Part shown: in pieces, positions 1 to 8,482 of the stretch
Position numbering within the stretch: position 1 is the stretch's first letter
Layout of the letters: the number at the start of each line of letters is the position of its first letter
Assembly (NCBI GenBank): GCA_000146465.1
Contig: CP001952.1
Length of the DNA stretch: 64,000 nucleotides
Reading direction: 5' to 3' (one strand)
Position numbers and translations under genes: made by a program
Notes under the pieces: generated by a model
Told to the model about the DNA's origin: nothing
The model's database searches: none
The model's input: the letters and a program-made list of their open reading frames with translations, nothing else

Positions 1-642
1 ACTCAAGGTGTCGTACACAATGTTGGATGCAGCATTTTCAGCACTGTTCAGAGCCCCTCTGATCCTATTCCTTCTCAGAGCTATCGATATCGTCATGAAA
101 CCATAAGCAGCAACAGCAAGAGCAACAATAAAAGAGGCAAGAACTCCAAGCTTCAGATACACCTCAAGCCCAACAAAGGTTAGCGAAGCCACCACTGGGA
201 ACAGATTCTGGATCGAAACCTCCACAAAGTCGCTGATTGCCTTGCTCTTTCGGGTGATGATGCTTTGGATTGTTCCCGATCCATAAGACTCAAACATCTC
301 CGTTTCCATCCGAATAAAGTACTCGAAAGTGGTTCTCAGGGTGTATCTGTAAACATACTGGATTGCACTGACAAACACAAATCCTTGCAACTCTGTGAAG
401 ATGATGCCCGTTAGAGAAATCACAAGAAACATGATTATCCTGCTTCGGGGAACCTCCTCCAAATCTAGGCCCTCGGATATGTAACTTATACAACTTGCAA
501 CTTTGACTTCAAAATACTTTCCTGCAAAGATGCTCAGGAGAACAGGAAACACAATGATTCTTGCCTGCGGGATCCCGAGGATGTACTTCCTGACAATGAT
601 GCTCAAAGTTTGGAGCTCGCTTACTTTCTTCTTTCCACCCAT
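1..642 (-). CDS. ABC transporter, ABCB-type (Atm1-like) N-terminal transmembrane domain; partial, gene runs past the window start
   Basis: Stop-free frame from minus-strand ATG at 640-642 to the window edge. Translation MGGKKKVSELQTLSIIVRKY...FVGLEVYLKLGVLASFIVALAVAAYGFMTISIALRRNRIRGALNSAENAASNIVYDTLS shows several TM helices and the ABCB TMD RR...AENAAS-type motif. Absent from the ORF track because it has no stop inside the window. Confidence 0.5.
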   Translation of the reverse strand, partial: MGGKKKVSELQTLSIIVRKYILGIPQARIIVFPVLLSIFAGKYFEVKVASCISYISEGLDLEEVPRSRIIMFLVISLTGIIFTELQGFVFVSAIQYVYRYTLRTTFEYFIRMETEMFESYGSGTIQSIITRKSKAISDFVEVSIQNLFPVVASLTFVGLEVYLKLGVLASFIVALAVAAYGFMTISIALRRNRIRGALNSAENAASNIVYDTLS

Positions 643-703
643 TTCCGTAATATTTTTCGAAAATATTTATTAGGCTTGTTTAGAACTTTGATCTAAAACA
701 CAA

Positions 704-892
704 TCAAGATGGCGTCTCTCCTGTTCCTTGCTTCTTTGTTTCTCTGGATTTTGCCATCAGAATAGACGTCTCCACATGCTGGGTAAGGATCTTCGACCTC
801 TGCTCCAGTTTTCTAAGGGCCTGGTCACACTCTGCAATGCTGTTCCTTAATACATCAAACTTCTCCTTCAAACTCATCCAGGGGCTTGACAT
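704..892 (-). CDS. Small hydrophilic coiled-coil protein (62 aa), hypothetical
   Basis: ATG-initiated ORF MSSPWMSLKEKFDVLRNSIAECDQALRKLEQRSKILTQHVE... lying in an otherwise 390-nt gap between two minus-strand genes, same orientation as both; no recognisable family. Confidence 0.25.
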   Translation of the reverse strand: MSSPWMSLKEKFDVLRNSIAECDQALRKLEQRSKILTQHVETSILMAKSRETKKQGTGETPS

Positions 893-1033
893 TCAAGATC
901 GAATAAGGCTCCTGGCCCATCTGAAACCCAAAGTCTCAGGACACTTTTTAGGATTGAACAGACAAGGCACAAAAGACAGGATCTTAAAAGATTAGTTTAA
1001 TTTCAAACTTCACAATGACCTTGTATATATGCA

Positions 1034-1921
1034 TTAGTACTTGCAGTCATCATCACCAGAGTCCGAAGGCTCGTTGATGTATATCACCCTCTGGTTCTTA
1101 CCTCCCTTCTCTGGCGGGATGTACACCTCCCTCGGATGATTGTCCACATCGATATGTGTAGAGATGTCTTCATCGCTTGTGTCATCAATTCCAAAGACTA
1201 TTGCTCCATTAACACTGGGCTTGGAAGCTATGCAAGTATCTACATACTGGCAAACATAGGAAAGCTTGTCTTCATCCCTAGGACTCGGGTACTCCTGATT
1301 GAGAAACAGATCCTTCGCCCCGGAAATGGCCTCGGATATTCCTGACTTGATGAAGTCTATTGTGTCTTCTGTCCCTCTCCACAACACACCTATTGACCTT
1401 GCACATTCCTTCGGCTCGCCAATTACTATCTTGGACATTATGTTTTCGTTATGAGATGGGCAACTCCACAGAAACAGATGGATTCCTATCTTCTTGTCCT
1501 TGTATGTACTGAGGAGATGCTCGTGGACAGTGGTTGTCCTTGTGCTCACAGGTTCCACAAGCTCACAGGAACTGTCAAACCTCTTTGTTGGCACAAGCTC
1601 GTTGACGTCGTAGTCCTTTGCATCGAATCCAATCTTCACCTTGTACTTCGATAGGAATTCGTTGTAAGGCCCCACCACCCTGCTCTTCAGGTAGTGTTCC
1701 ACAGCTTCTCTTTCATCCTTGCAATCAGAAAAGGCAGAGAAGATGGCATCTATCGTTCCTCTGTCAAAGTGTGCATACAGACTAACCAGATAGATTTTGT
1801 CGTCTTTTGTACATGCAGGATCTGCTTCGAAGCCCCCGAAGTTGTATTCAGATGCCAATGCAAAGCCTTCTCTGACCAACCCAATGAGAAGCAAAAGAGG
1901 AGATGATGTCATTAGAAACAT
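1034..1921 (-). CDS. Secreted hypothetical protein with N-terminal signal peptide, 8 Cys, Asp-rich C-terminus
   Basis: Track ORF 1034..2011 begins with GTG. The first ATG gives [26 protein letters not shown], a classic n-h-c signal peptide. C-terminal [17 protein letters not shown]...[10 protein letters not shown] acidic tail. No homology recognised. Confidence 0.55.
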   Translation of the reverse strand: MFLMTSSPLLLLIGLVREGFALASEYNFGGFEADPACTKDDKIYLVSLYAHFDRGTIDAIFSAFSDCKDEREAVEHYLKSRVVGPYNEFLSKYKVKIGFDAKDYDVNELVPTKRFDSSCELVEPVSTRTTTVHEHLLSTYKDKKIGIHLFLWSCPSHNENIMSKIVIGEPKECARSIGVLWRGTEDTIDFIKSGISEAISGAKDLFLNQEYPSPRDEDKLSYVCQYVDTCIASKPSVNGAIVFGIDDTSDEDISTHIDVDNHPREVYIPPEKGGKNQRVIYINEPSDSGDDDCKY

Positions 1922-2007
1922 GGTTTTGGTGCTTCTTTCTCGGAAAATATATAAATATTTTGTTTGAAACAGATGTTTTGGCTCCAAGGACTTTGTTTTG
2001 CTATCTC

Positions 2008-2772
2008 TCACACACCTGATTCACCTCCTCCGTCTGAGGTATCAATCCCTTCCTTTCCCTCCTGGATCTTCTTAACTGTGTTCAGAATGTTGAAAACTGC
2101 CAGGTTATTTCTGTCTTCTATCTTCTCGATAAACATCAAGAGAGCCGCCTCCATAGTAGACATTGAGAGTTTTGTCCAGGTAGTAGGAATTTCCCCTCTG
2201 TTGAGGTAGAAGTAATATCCCACTTCCTTCGACCTAATCCTATTGAGTGCATTCTCCACTCGGATTCCTCGGATTCCAGAGACATACGACTCGATCGATT
2301 CAGACACTCCTAATCCATTGCAGATTGACCGAAGTGCAATCAAAGACTCTATCTCGGCATCTGCCTGAAACACAACAATGTCAAATCCCAGGGATTGGGC
2401 TATCTCAATGGTCTGTCTAGGAAGTGGATCTAGCCTAGTAGAAGAGGAGACGTACTTATCAGACTCGGGGCGAAGATCTATCCAGGAAGAAAAACCCATA
2501 TCTCCAAGATAGTTCTTGAGTTCCTGGATGAAGCTGGAGGCCACTGAGAACTTGTGTATCGATCTGTTCTTCAATCGACTAAGGGCATGAGCTATCACAA
2601 GTGACTGGAGTGTTCCATCCAGATAGAGGAGTATTTTACTTCCACGAGGAAGCTTCCTGAAGTGTCGAAAAACCTTGTGAAGAAACTGCTTTTCAAAGCA
2701 TGTGTCGCAGTAGTCCAGATTACTTATTCGGATGTTTGGAGCTGCAGTGCAGATTATACATCTGTGTTCCAT
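2008..2772 (-). CDS. NCS2: Cytoplasmic tRNA 2-thiolation protein 2 (CTU2/Ncs2)
   Basis: Only the C-terminal 254 aa of track ORF 2008..3585 are coding. [57 protein letters not shown] matches the CTU2 N-terminal CxxC...CxxCF...KFR...GEKVLLAWSGGPSS architecture. The upstream Ser-rich part is antisense of the Spc25 gene. Confidence 0.6.
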   Translation of the reverse strand: MEHRCIICTAAPNIRISNLDYCDTCFEKQFLHKVFRHFRKLPRGSKILLYLDGTLQSLVIAHALSRLKNRSIHKFSVASSFIQELKNYLGDMGFSSWIDLRPESDKYVSSSTRLDPLPRQTIEIAQSLGFDIVVFQADAEIESLIALRSICNGLGVSESIESYVSGIRGIRVENALNRIRSKEVGYYFYLNRGEIPTTWTKLSMSTMEAALLMFIEKIEDRNNLAVFNILNTVKKIQEGKEGIDTSDGGGESGV

Positions 2773-3511
2773 GGATAAATTTTTCGATCGAAGATCACAT
2801 TTAATGGGCACGGAGCACACGCCGGCAAATGTCGAGAAGATAAAAGGAGTGATGGATGGGATCATAGGAGATCTGGAAGGGTATCTCGAGATGTACAAGA
2901 GCCATGCAAGGTTCCTCCGAGGTAGAATCAGCAGGGATAAGCAAGAAGGAGAGGTTCTTCTCCAAACAGTGACGTCCACACTGAACGAGATGAAGGAAAG
3001 GAACGAAAGACTAGTTGACGAAAGGAATGGACTTAGGCTGAGGATTGAGCAAGATGTAAGGGACCTAAGGGCTTCTGAGGATGAAAAACATGAGCTTGTG
3101 AACCAGATCCGAGAGCTCGAGATGGGAAATCTCAACCTTAAGGAAGTCTTCCGAGAGAAGAAAAGCATTGAAAACGCCTTTACAAAGAAGATGGAACTTG
3201 TTTCGGAAAGGAGTAGGCAAAGAGAGGTCCTTATGGAGGCGAAGGCCGAATGGTTTAGAAGATATTTGGGAATGGACATCATTCCTGTCCGGGAGAATGT
3301 AATCAAGATTGTCTTCAGCAGAATATGCCCTGAAGACAGTGTGGAGTGTTTTGTAACTCTGGACCTGTCTCTGGAAGGGCCTGTTGTTGATCTGTTTCCT
3401 AGGATGTATGATCTTGAAAAGGCCAACAACCTGTTCCGAGAGCACAGCAACTTCCATGACTTCCTAAGGACTGTGAGAAGGGAGTTCCGAAGAGAATACT
3501 CTGGGGTGTGA
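2771..3511 (+). CDS. SPC25: Kinetochore protein Spc25 (Ndc80 complex), coiled-coil plus C-terminal RWD-like domain
   Basis: C-terminus RYLGMDIIPVRENVIKIVFSRICPEDSVECFVTLDLS...NNLFREHSNFHDFLRTVRREF aligns with human SPC25 [38 protein letters not shown]...QENVRKTNNFSAFLANVRKAF. N-terminal coiled coil. Alternative ATGs at 2732 and 2804. Confidence 0.6.
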   Translation: MDKFFDRRSHLMGTEHTPANVEKIKGVMDGIIGDLEGYLEMYKSHARFLRGRISRDKQEGEVLLQTVTSTLNEMKERNERLVDERNGLRLRIEQDVRDLRASEDEKHELVNQIRELEMGNLNLKEVFREKKSIENAFTKKMELVSERSRQREVLMEAKAEWFRRYLGMDIIPVRENVIKIVFSRICPEDSVECFVTLDLSLEGPVVDLFPRMYDLEKANNLFREHSNFHDFLRTVRREFRREYSGV

Positions 3512-3584
3512 CTAGTAGTCTGGTTGATTAAAGATTTATTTTGTGATTGTTGAGGAAGTTGAAGACGGCGGCGAAAGAACCCCA

Positions 3585-4421
3585 ATGAAAAGTTACAATC
3601 TTGTGTACAAGCCAGAGCATGGGGAAAAGAGGTTTCTATTCACCAACATGGATGTCAAGGAGCTCTCTCCACCTGTGATGATTTCACGAGAGAGGCCTCT
3701 ACGAGAAGAGGTTGTGTTTAGCACAAAGAAGAAGAGTGAGCAAGTTGAATATGAGGATGAGGAATACAAGAAGCTGAAGGAGAAGGAGGGATGTTTGTTG
3801 ATTCTTGAAGATGGTGAGAGTAGAATATACTCGGGAAAGATGCAGGACCTGGGGGCAAGTAACTCGTGCTATTTTGTGTTTATCAACACCGGGACGTATC
3901 TGAAGGTTGTTCCTGTCCGCAAATGGTATCGCTTTAGCCAGAAGTCACAGCTGGACATTATCCAGGAGTACGAGGGCGAGGGTATTGGAGAAGAGAACGG
4001 AGACGGAGATGGGGATGGAACCTCAACGGAAGAGAGGGAGGAGATTGATTTTGATGACGACTTTGACGACGACGATGGAGAGGATGCGAATGTGTTTATT
4101 GTGAGGGAGAAGAGGCTAAACAGTGCAGGACGGCGGATGAGGAACATCATGGAGAACTACGAGGAGAAAGAAAGAAGCGAGAGTTCTGAGGAGAAGGATA
4201 CGAAAGGGGTTGAAAAGGTGGACAAAGTTCTTACAAAGGACGAGATTCGGGGAATGTTTAAGGGAGGAAGAATTGCTTTGAGAGATCTTCTTCGTGGGGT
4301 GAAGGTGCGATTTGGGCTCAACGACGAGGAGAAGGAGCTGGTGAAGGAGTTTATTAGAGAAAGTTGCACGTTTGAGACTGACGAAGGGAGCAAGGAGAAG
4401 TATCTTGTTTTGAGGAAATAG
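3585..4421 (+). CDS. TFIIF large subunit (Tfg1/RAP74)-like
   Basis: Track ORF starts with GTG at 3543; first ATG is at 3585 with gaaccccaATG upstream. N-terminal beta-rich domain, central poly-acidic tract (GDGDGDG, DFDDDFDDDDGED), C-terminal winged-helix-like KDEIRGMFKGGRIALRDLLRGVKVRFGLNDEEKELVKEF resembling the RAP74 C-terminus. Confidence 0.45.
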   Translation: MKSYNLVYKPEHGEKRFLFTNMDVKELSPPVMISRERPLREEVVFSTKKKSEQVEYEDEEYKKLKEKEGCLLILEDGESRIYSGKMQDLGASNSCYFVFINTGTYLKVVPVRKWYRFSQKSQLDIIQEYEGEGIGEENGDGDGDGTSTEEREEIDFDDDFDDDDGEDANVFIVREKRLNSAGRRMRNIMENYEEKERSESSEEKDTKGVEKVDKVLTKDEIRGMFKGGRIALRDLLRGVKVRFGLNDEEKELVKEFIRESCTFETDEGSKEKYLVLRK

Positions 4422-4467
4422 AGTGTTTGAGGGATTGAAAGATTTATGAATTTTGGATAGAGCCCTA

Positions 4468-4986
4468 ATGAGGCGGATATTAGAGGACAGACTGATGAGG
4501 TACTTGAGAGAAGTGGGATATGAGGTTGTTGAGAAGAGAGCCTTAGAAGTTTACATGGGATCTCTCGAGACTTATATGCTTGAGCATTTGAAAGCAGTTG
4601 TGTCTGTCTCCAGGCATGGGCTGAAGTCTCACTCTACCTTGCTGGATTTCCTACGCTTTATAGAGGGAAAAAGATTTGAATTTCCTTTCTTTGAGAATGT
4701 TGTGTACGAGGAAGAGGTTAAGGAGGAGGAGAAGGAGTTTGCCAGTCCTCTGGCGTCAAGTATTGAGAAGTACATCCACATATATGACTTCATGCCCAGT
4801 TTTCCGCCGATACATGCGTTCCGGCAGACGATTGTCAAAGCTGGAAACAAGGGCAGCAAGTCTATGAATGTGAAGAACAGATTGGAACAGAGTCTAAGGA
4901 CCGAAGGGAATCTTCTGAAGTTGATCAAGGCATCTGGATCTCTTCCGCCGTTTGTTAACTTCTTGTACAAGAATGAGTGGTCTTAA
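4468..4986 (+). CDS. TAF8: TFIID subunit TAF8-like
   Basis: Track ORF begins with TTG at 4453; ATG at 4468 has a CCC motif upstream. Histone-fold-like N-terminus, and YIHIYDFMPSFPPIHAFRQTIV matches the TAF8 HIPSWLPAFPDPHTYIKT motif. Confidence 0.5.
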   Translation: MRRILEDRLMRYLREVGYEVVEKRALEVYMGSLETYMLEHLKAVVSVSRHGLKSHSTLLDFLRFIEGKRFEFPFFENVVYEEEVKEEEKEFASPLASSIEKYIHIYDFMPSFPPIHAFRQTIVKAGNKGSKSMNVKNRLEQSLRTEGNLLKLIKASGSLPPFVNFLYKNEWS

Positions 4987-5088
4987 TGGATTAAAGTGGT
5001 TTATTGTTCTATGTTTATGGATTCCGGGGTTAGAGGGGGGAGAAGTGGAGTTTTGTGTGAGATTGCGGGGGATGGGGGACTTCCATGA

Positions 5089-5160
5089 GCATTGATAGTA
5101 TAGTGGTTATTATGTGAGCTTCCCAAGCTCATGGCCCGGGTTCGATTCCCGGTCAATGCA
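5089..5160 (+). tRNA. tRNA-Gly (anticodon CCC)
   Basis: GCATTGATAGTATAGTGGTTATTATGTGAGCTTCCCAAGCTCATGGCCCGGGTTCGATTCCCGGTCAATGCA. Acceptor stem GCATTGA/TCAATGC, anticodon stem TGAGC/GCTCA with loop TTCCCAA, T-arm CCGGG-TTCGATT-CCCGG, discriminator A. Near-identical in layout to eukaryotic tRNA-Gly-CCC. Followed by TTTT. Confidence 0.9.
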
Positions 5161-5164
5161 TTTT
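5161..5164 (+). terminator. Pol III oligo-T terminator of the tRNA-Gly gene
   Basis: TTTT run directly after the discriminator base. Confidence 0.4.
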
Positions 5165-5234
5165 GTCGGTGTCATTGGCGGGAAGATTTCCCTCCATACC
5201 TGGAATATATGCCAAAGAAGACAGGGAGAGGCTG

Positions 5235-7142
5235 ATGATAAAGAGGCTCCCTGAGGATATAGGGAGAAGAATAAAAGCCCAGCGATCCATTCCAAACACT
5301 TACATTGTTGTGAAAGAACTGGTGGAAAACTCGATTGACTCTGAATGCACATGGATAAGGATACAAGTCGATGACTCTATAGTGGTTGAGGACAATGGAT
5401 GTGGAATAAGCGATCTGCGTGATGTTGGAGTTGAGGGAAGTACTTCGAAGGAGTCGATGGCATACTATGTGCTAGGATGTGTCGACAGAGTCGAGAAGCC
5501 TTCTTATGGGTTCCGGGGACAAGCCCTTAGTTCTCTTTCGGAGGTGTGTGATTTGGAAATTATTTCCCGATCAGAACATCCGTTTGGACTCAAAAAAGAC
5601 TTTTCAACAGGCATCGTTTCAAGATGTGCGAGGGAGAAAGGCACAACTGTCCGTGTTCGAAATCTATTCAAGAATTGCCCTTTAAGAAGGTCGGCAAGCG
5701 AAAGCAGGCTAAAGAAGGACCTGGGAAGGATCTGTGCTTTGATTGAATCATACCGCTGTACCAACAAGATAAATTTCACCCTGTTCCACAAGAGAAAGGT
5801 TCTTCTAAGTTGTGGAGGGTACGAGACGCCGAGAGAGTATTTCGAATCCAACTATCCTTCCTTTGTCGGGAAGTATATGGAGCTGTGCAATGGGCAGGTG
5901 GAATTCTTTATGCTTCCGGCATCTGTCCGAGAGCCCAAGCAGCTGATGTTTCTGGAAAGAAGGCCGATTTCGAACAAAAGGATATCGGCTGCAATAAAGA
6001 ATGAATTCAATCTGTATAGCGAAGGAATCCCGACGTTTGTCCTGGTGATCAAGGGGTATGGGGATGTAAATGTATCCACGGACAAGAGCGAGGTTATATT
6101 TTCTGACGAGGGTGGGATTCTGAGTCTTCTGAAGTCTGAGATTGGCAGGTTCTTCTCTTCCGAGGTGCATATGCATTCTCGGAGCATTCCCAAGACTCTG
6201 GGAAGTTATTCTCCAGCCCGAAACGAAACAGAAGACAATAGCGGAGAAGGATTTATGGGAAGTAACTTCTCTGGAACAGCTGTGCACCATCCGGCTGTGA
6301 GACTATCACGAGTAGCTCCCTCCCTGGGAAAGAGGGAGAGAAAGCAGAATGAAATGACAGAAGAAAATGAAGAAAGGAGCAAGGATTCATCGTCGGTGGA
6401 AGAACCCTCATCAGGAATTGGGTCGCTGGACAACACCGAAGTGAAGCCTTCTTCATCAAACCTCTCTGAAGAGTTGGAGCCACCTCTCGAGGAGAAACAA
6501 CAAGAAGAAATATACGAAAACGAAGGCCATCTGGCAACAGGAGCATATTCATTCTTCAAATACGACGAGCTTGTCCATCCGAAGATTTCGTTTTCAAAGA
6601 GCGACTTCAACAGACTTGAAATCATAGGCCAGTTTAACAACGGATTTATCATTGCAAAACTGGAGAAAAACGAAAAGACCTATCTTATAGCTGTAGACCA
6701 ACATGCAGCAGATGAAATCAGGAACTTTGAGAATATCAAGAAAACATTTTACCTAAAGAAACAGAGTGTGATAGTCCCTGTGAAATTGGACCTCACACCC
6801 ATTGAGGAGATGATTGTCAACGAGAATTCAGAGGTGTTTGAAAAAAATGGATTTGTTGTGAAGAATGGCATGCTGGAGACGATTCCTGTTTACAGAAACC
6901 AGGTGTTTGGAATCAAGGAGTTCAGGGAACTTCTCGAGGATGTGAAGAACGAAGAATATGAATTCAAGAAAATTCGGAGCATAATTGCTTCAAAGGCATG
7001 TAGAACAAGCGTAATGATAGGCGACGCTCTTTCTGCAGCGGACATGAAGAGGATAGTAAGGAGCTTGGGCGTCTTGGACAGGCCTTGGAAGTGTCCTCAC
7101 GGAAGGCCTACGTTCATGATATTGAATGAGGCAGAGATATAG
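5235..7142 (+). CDS. PMS1: DNA mismatch repair protein PMS1/PMS2 (MutL-alpha endonuclease subunit)
   Basis: IKRLPEDIGRRIKAQRSIPNTYIVVKELVENSIDS (GHKL ATPase motif I). C-terminal DQHAADEIRNFE (DQHA(x)2E(x)4E endonuclease motif) and CPHGRPT. Track start 5163 is TTG and abuts the tRNA; first ATG is at 5235. Confidence 0.85.
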   Translation: MIKRLPEDIGRRIKAQRSIPNTYIVVKELVENSIDSECTWIRIQVDDSIVVEDNGCGISDLRDVGVEGSTSKESMAYYVLGCVDRVEKPSYGFRGQALSSLSEVCDLEIISRSEHPFGLKKDFSTGIVSRCAREKGTTVRVRNLFKNCPLRRSASESRLKKDLGRICALIESYRCTNKINFTLFHKRKVLLSCGGYETPREYFESNYPSFVGKYMELCNGQVEFFMLPASVREPKQLMFLERRPISNKRISAAIKNEFNLYSEGIPTFVLVIKGYGDVNVSTDKSEVIFSDEGGILSLLKSEIGRFFSSEVHMHSRSIPKTLGSYSPARNETEDNSGEGFMGSNFSGTAVHHPAVRLSRVAPSLGKRERKQNEMTEENEERSKDSSSVEEPSSGIGSLDNTEVKPSSSNLSEELEPPLEEKQQEEIYENEGHLATGAYSFFKYDELVHPKISFSKSDFNRLEIIGQFNNGFIIAKLEKNEKTYLIAVDQHAADEIRNFENIKKTFYLKKQSVIVPVKLDLTPIEEMIVNENSEVFEKNGFVVKNGMLETIPVYRNQVFGIKEFRELLEDVKNEEYEFKKIRSIIASKACRTSVMIGDALSAADMKRIVRSLGVLDRPWKCPHGRPTFMILNEAEI

Positions 7143-8420
7143 CCAATGGAGGACATAAGATTTATTTAACCATGAAGCCTTCGATCCCGCGGGCCTCATC
7201 AGGAATAACTCCGAAACTCTTTTGATGTCCTCAAGAACCACCTTTCCCCCCCTTTTGCTTGCCCTCAGGCTAGATATTGTCAGCAAGTTCATAGAGTATC
7301 TCAGCCCAGATTCCTCGGAGATCGAAACAAGGGCATCCACAGCACTGCCGTCGATGAGAACATCCTCCTCGAGTATTCTGTGTCTGATGATTGCTTCGAG
7401 ATCTTCTCGGTTGTATTTCTCCATAGAAATGATCAAGGCACGGTCAATAAAGTCTTTTGGCATTCCATAGGGACTTGTCTCGTCGGTTCCCTTTATCACA
7501 CACTCCTTCTTGTTGGTTGAAACGAGGATCACTGGGCAGAAGTCCTCCTCGATCGCCTTGTTTAGAAAGGCAAAGCTTTCGATGTCAAGCATGTGAACCT
7601 CGTCTATAAACAAAACTCCTCGGACCACCTCAGCCTTTCCCTCATTGATCCAGTTCCATACCTTCTTGTTCACTTCATCCCTTGTCTCTGTTCGAATTTC
7701 CCCCGTTTCTCCACTGAAAAGAGCAAGGTATCCTTCAGCCTTGTTGTTTATAACATCGATGTCATGAAGAGATATCTCTTGAATCTCCTCTCGGATCTTT
7801 ATCAATTCCCCCTCAGGACAAGGAACAAACCGTGCATCCATCCCTACCATCTCATTCTTCTTCACCATGCTCGTTCCAATCTTATACACTCTTCCTCTCT
7901 CCTTGATAATCCTTATAACATCCCCGGCGCTTACCTTCTCCTTATCAAGCTCATTCCTCATCTTTTCTCCTATGTCAAACGAAGACTCCATATCAACAGT
8001 CTTGAGAACAATTCTCCTTCCACTCAAGCTCACAACTTCTCCTTCAATCGTCCGCACAGACTCCTTAATCCTTAGCCCAACAGACTTCCGAAGAGCCTGG
8101 GTAATAGCCTCGGACTTACTCATCTCCAGACTATATATCTCTGTCCCGCTGATCGAGTTAAAATGCACTCCCCCTAGGCTTTTCGATAGTCCTATTGCCA
8201 ATGCGGTCTTTCCACTTCCTCGGTCTCCCTTAATCAGAACTATCTTTCCCCCTTTGTTGCTCTCCACCATCTTTCTTATAAGCACCATCGCCTTCCTAGC
8301 CTTAACCTGTCCAACCAGTCCATCCTTGTTGTACTCAACCTCATCCTCATTGCATCCAAGCCCCACAATGTGTGAGTGGAGACTGATTCTATTCACTGTC
8401 CCAACATCTCGGACCTCCAT
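6990..8420 (-). CDS. RVB2: RuvB-like helicase 2 (Rvb2/Reptin)
   Basis: ISGTEIYSLEMSKSEAITQALRKSVGLRIKE matches RUVBL2 [31 protein letters not shown]. Walker A GDRGSGKTALA. Track start 8456 is GTG; ATG at 8420 (MEVRDVGTVNRISLHSH). The C-terminal 50 aa are non-homologous and antisense to the PMS1 3' end. Confidence 0.85.
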   Translation of the reverse strand: MEVRDVGTVNRISLHSHIVGLGCNEDEVEYNKDGLVGQVKARKAMVLIRKMVESNKGGKIVLIKGDRGSGKTALAIGLSKSLGGVHFNSISGTEIYSLEMSKSEAITQALRKSVGLRIKESVRTIEGEVVSLSGRRIVLKTVDMESSFDIGEKMRNELDKEKVSAGDVIRIIKERGRVYKIGTSMVKKNEMVGMDARFVPCPEGELIKIREEIQEISLHDIDVINNKAEGYLALFSGETGEIRTETRDEVNKKVWNWINEGKAEVVRGVLFIDEVHMLDIESFAFLNKAIEEDFCPVILVSTNKKECVIKGTDETSPYGMPKDFIDRALIISMEKYNREDLEAIIRHRILEEDVLIDGSAVDALVSISEESGLRYSMNLLTISSLRASKRGGKVVLEDIKRVSELFLMRPAGSKASWLNKSYVLHWLYLCLIQYHERRPSVRTLPRPVQDAQAPYYPLHVRCRKSVAYHYACSTCL

Positions 8421-8482
8421 CAGGGCAAAGCCCTTAAGAAAAATTTCTTCAAGCACACAATCTTCTTGGGAAGTGATTTATT

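Noticed and set aside
2773-3585. N-terminal 270 aa of track ORF 2008..3585 (minus strand), Ser/Leu-rich.
   Set aside because: It is the antisense reading of the well-supported SPC25 coding region. Only the C-terminal 254 aa (CTU2) show homology. The track start is probably a non-ATG codon.
5110-5366. Minus-strand ORFs 5110..5352 and 5172..5366.
   Set aside because: They overlap the tRNA-Gly gene and the conserved PMS1 N-terminus in antisense.
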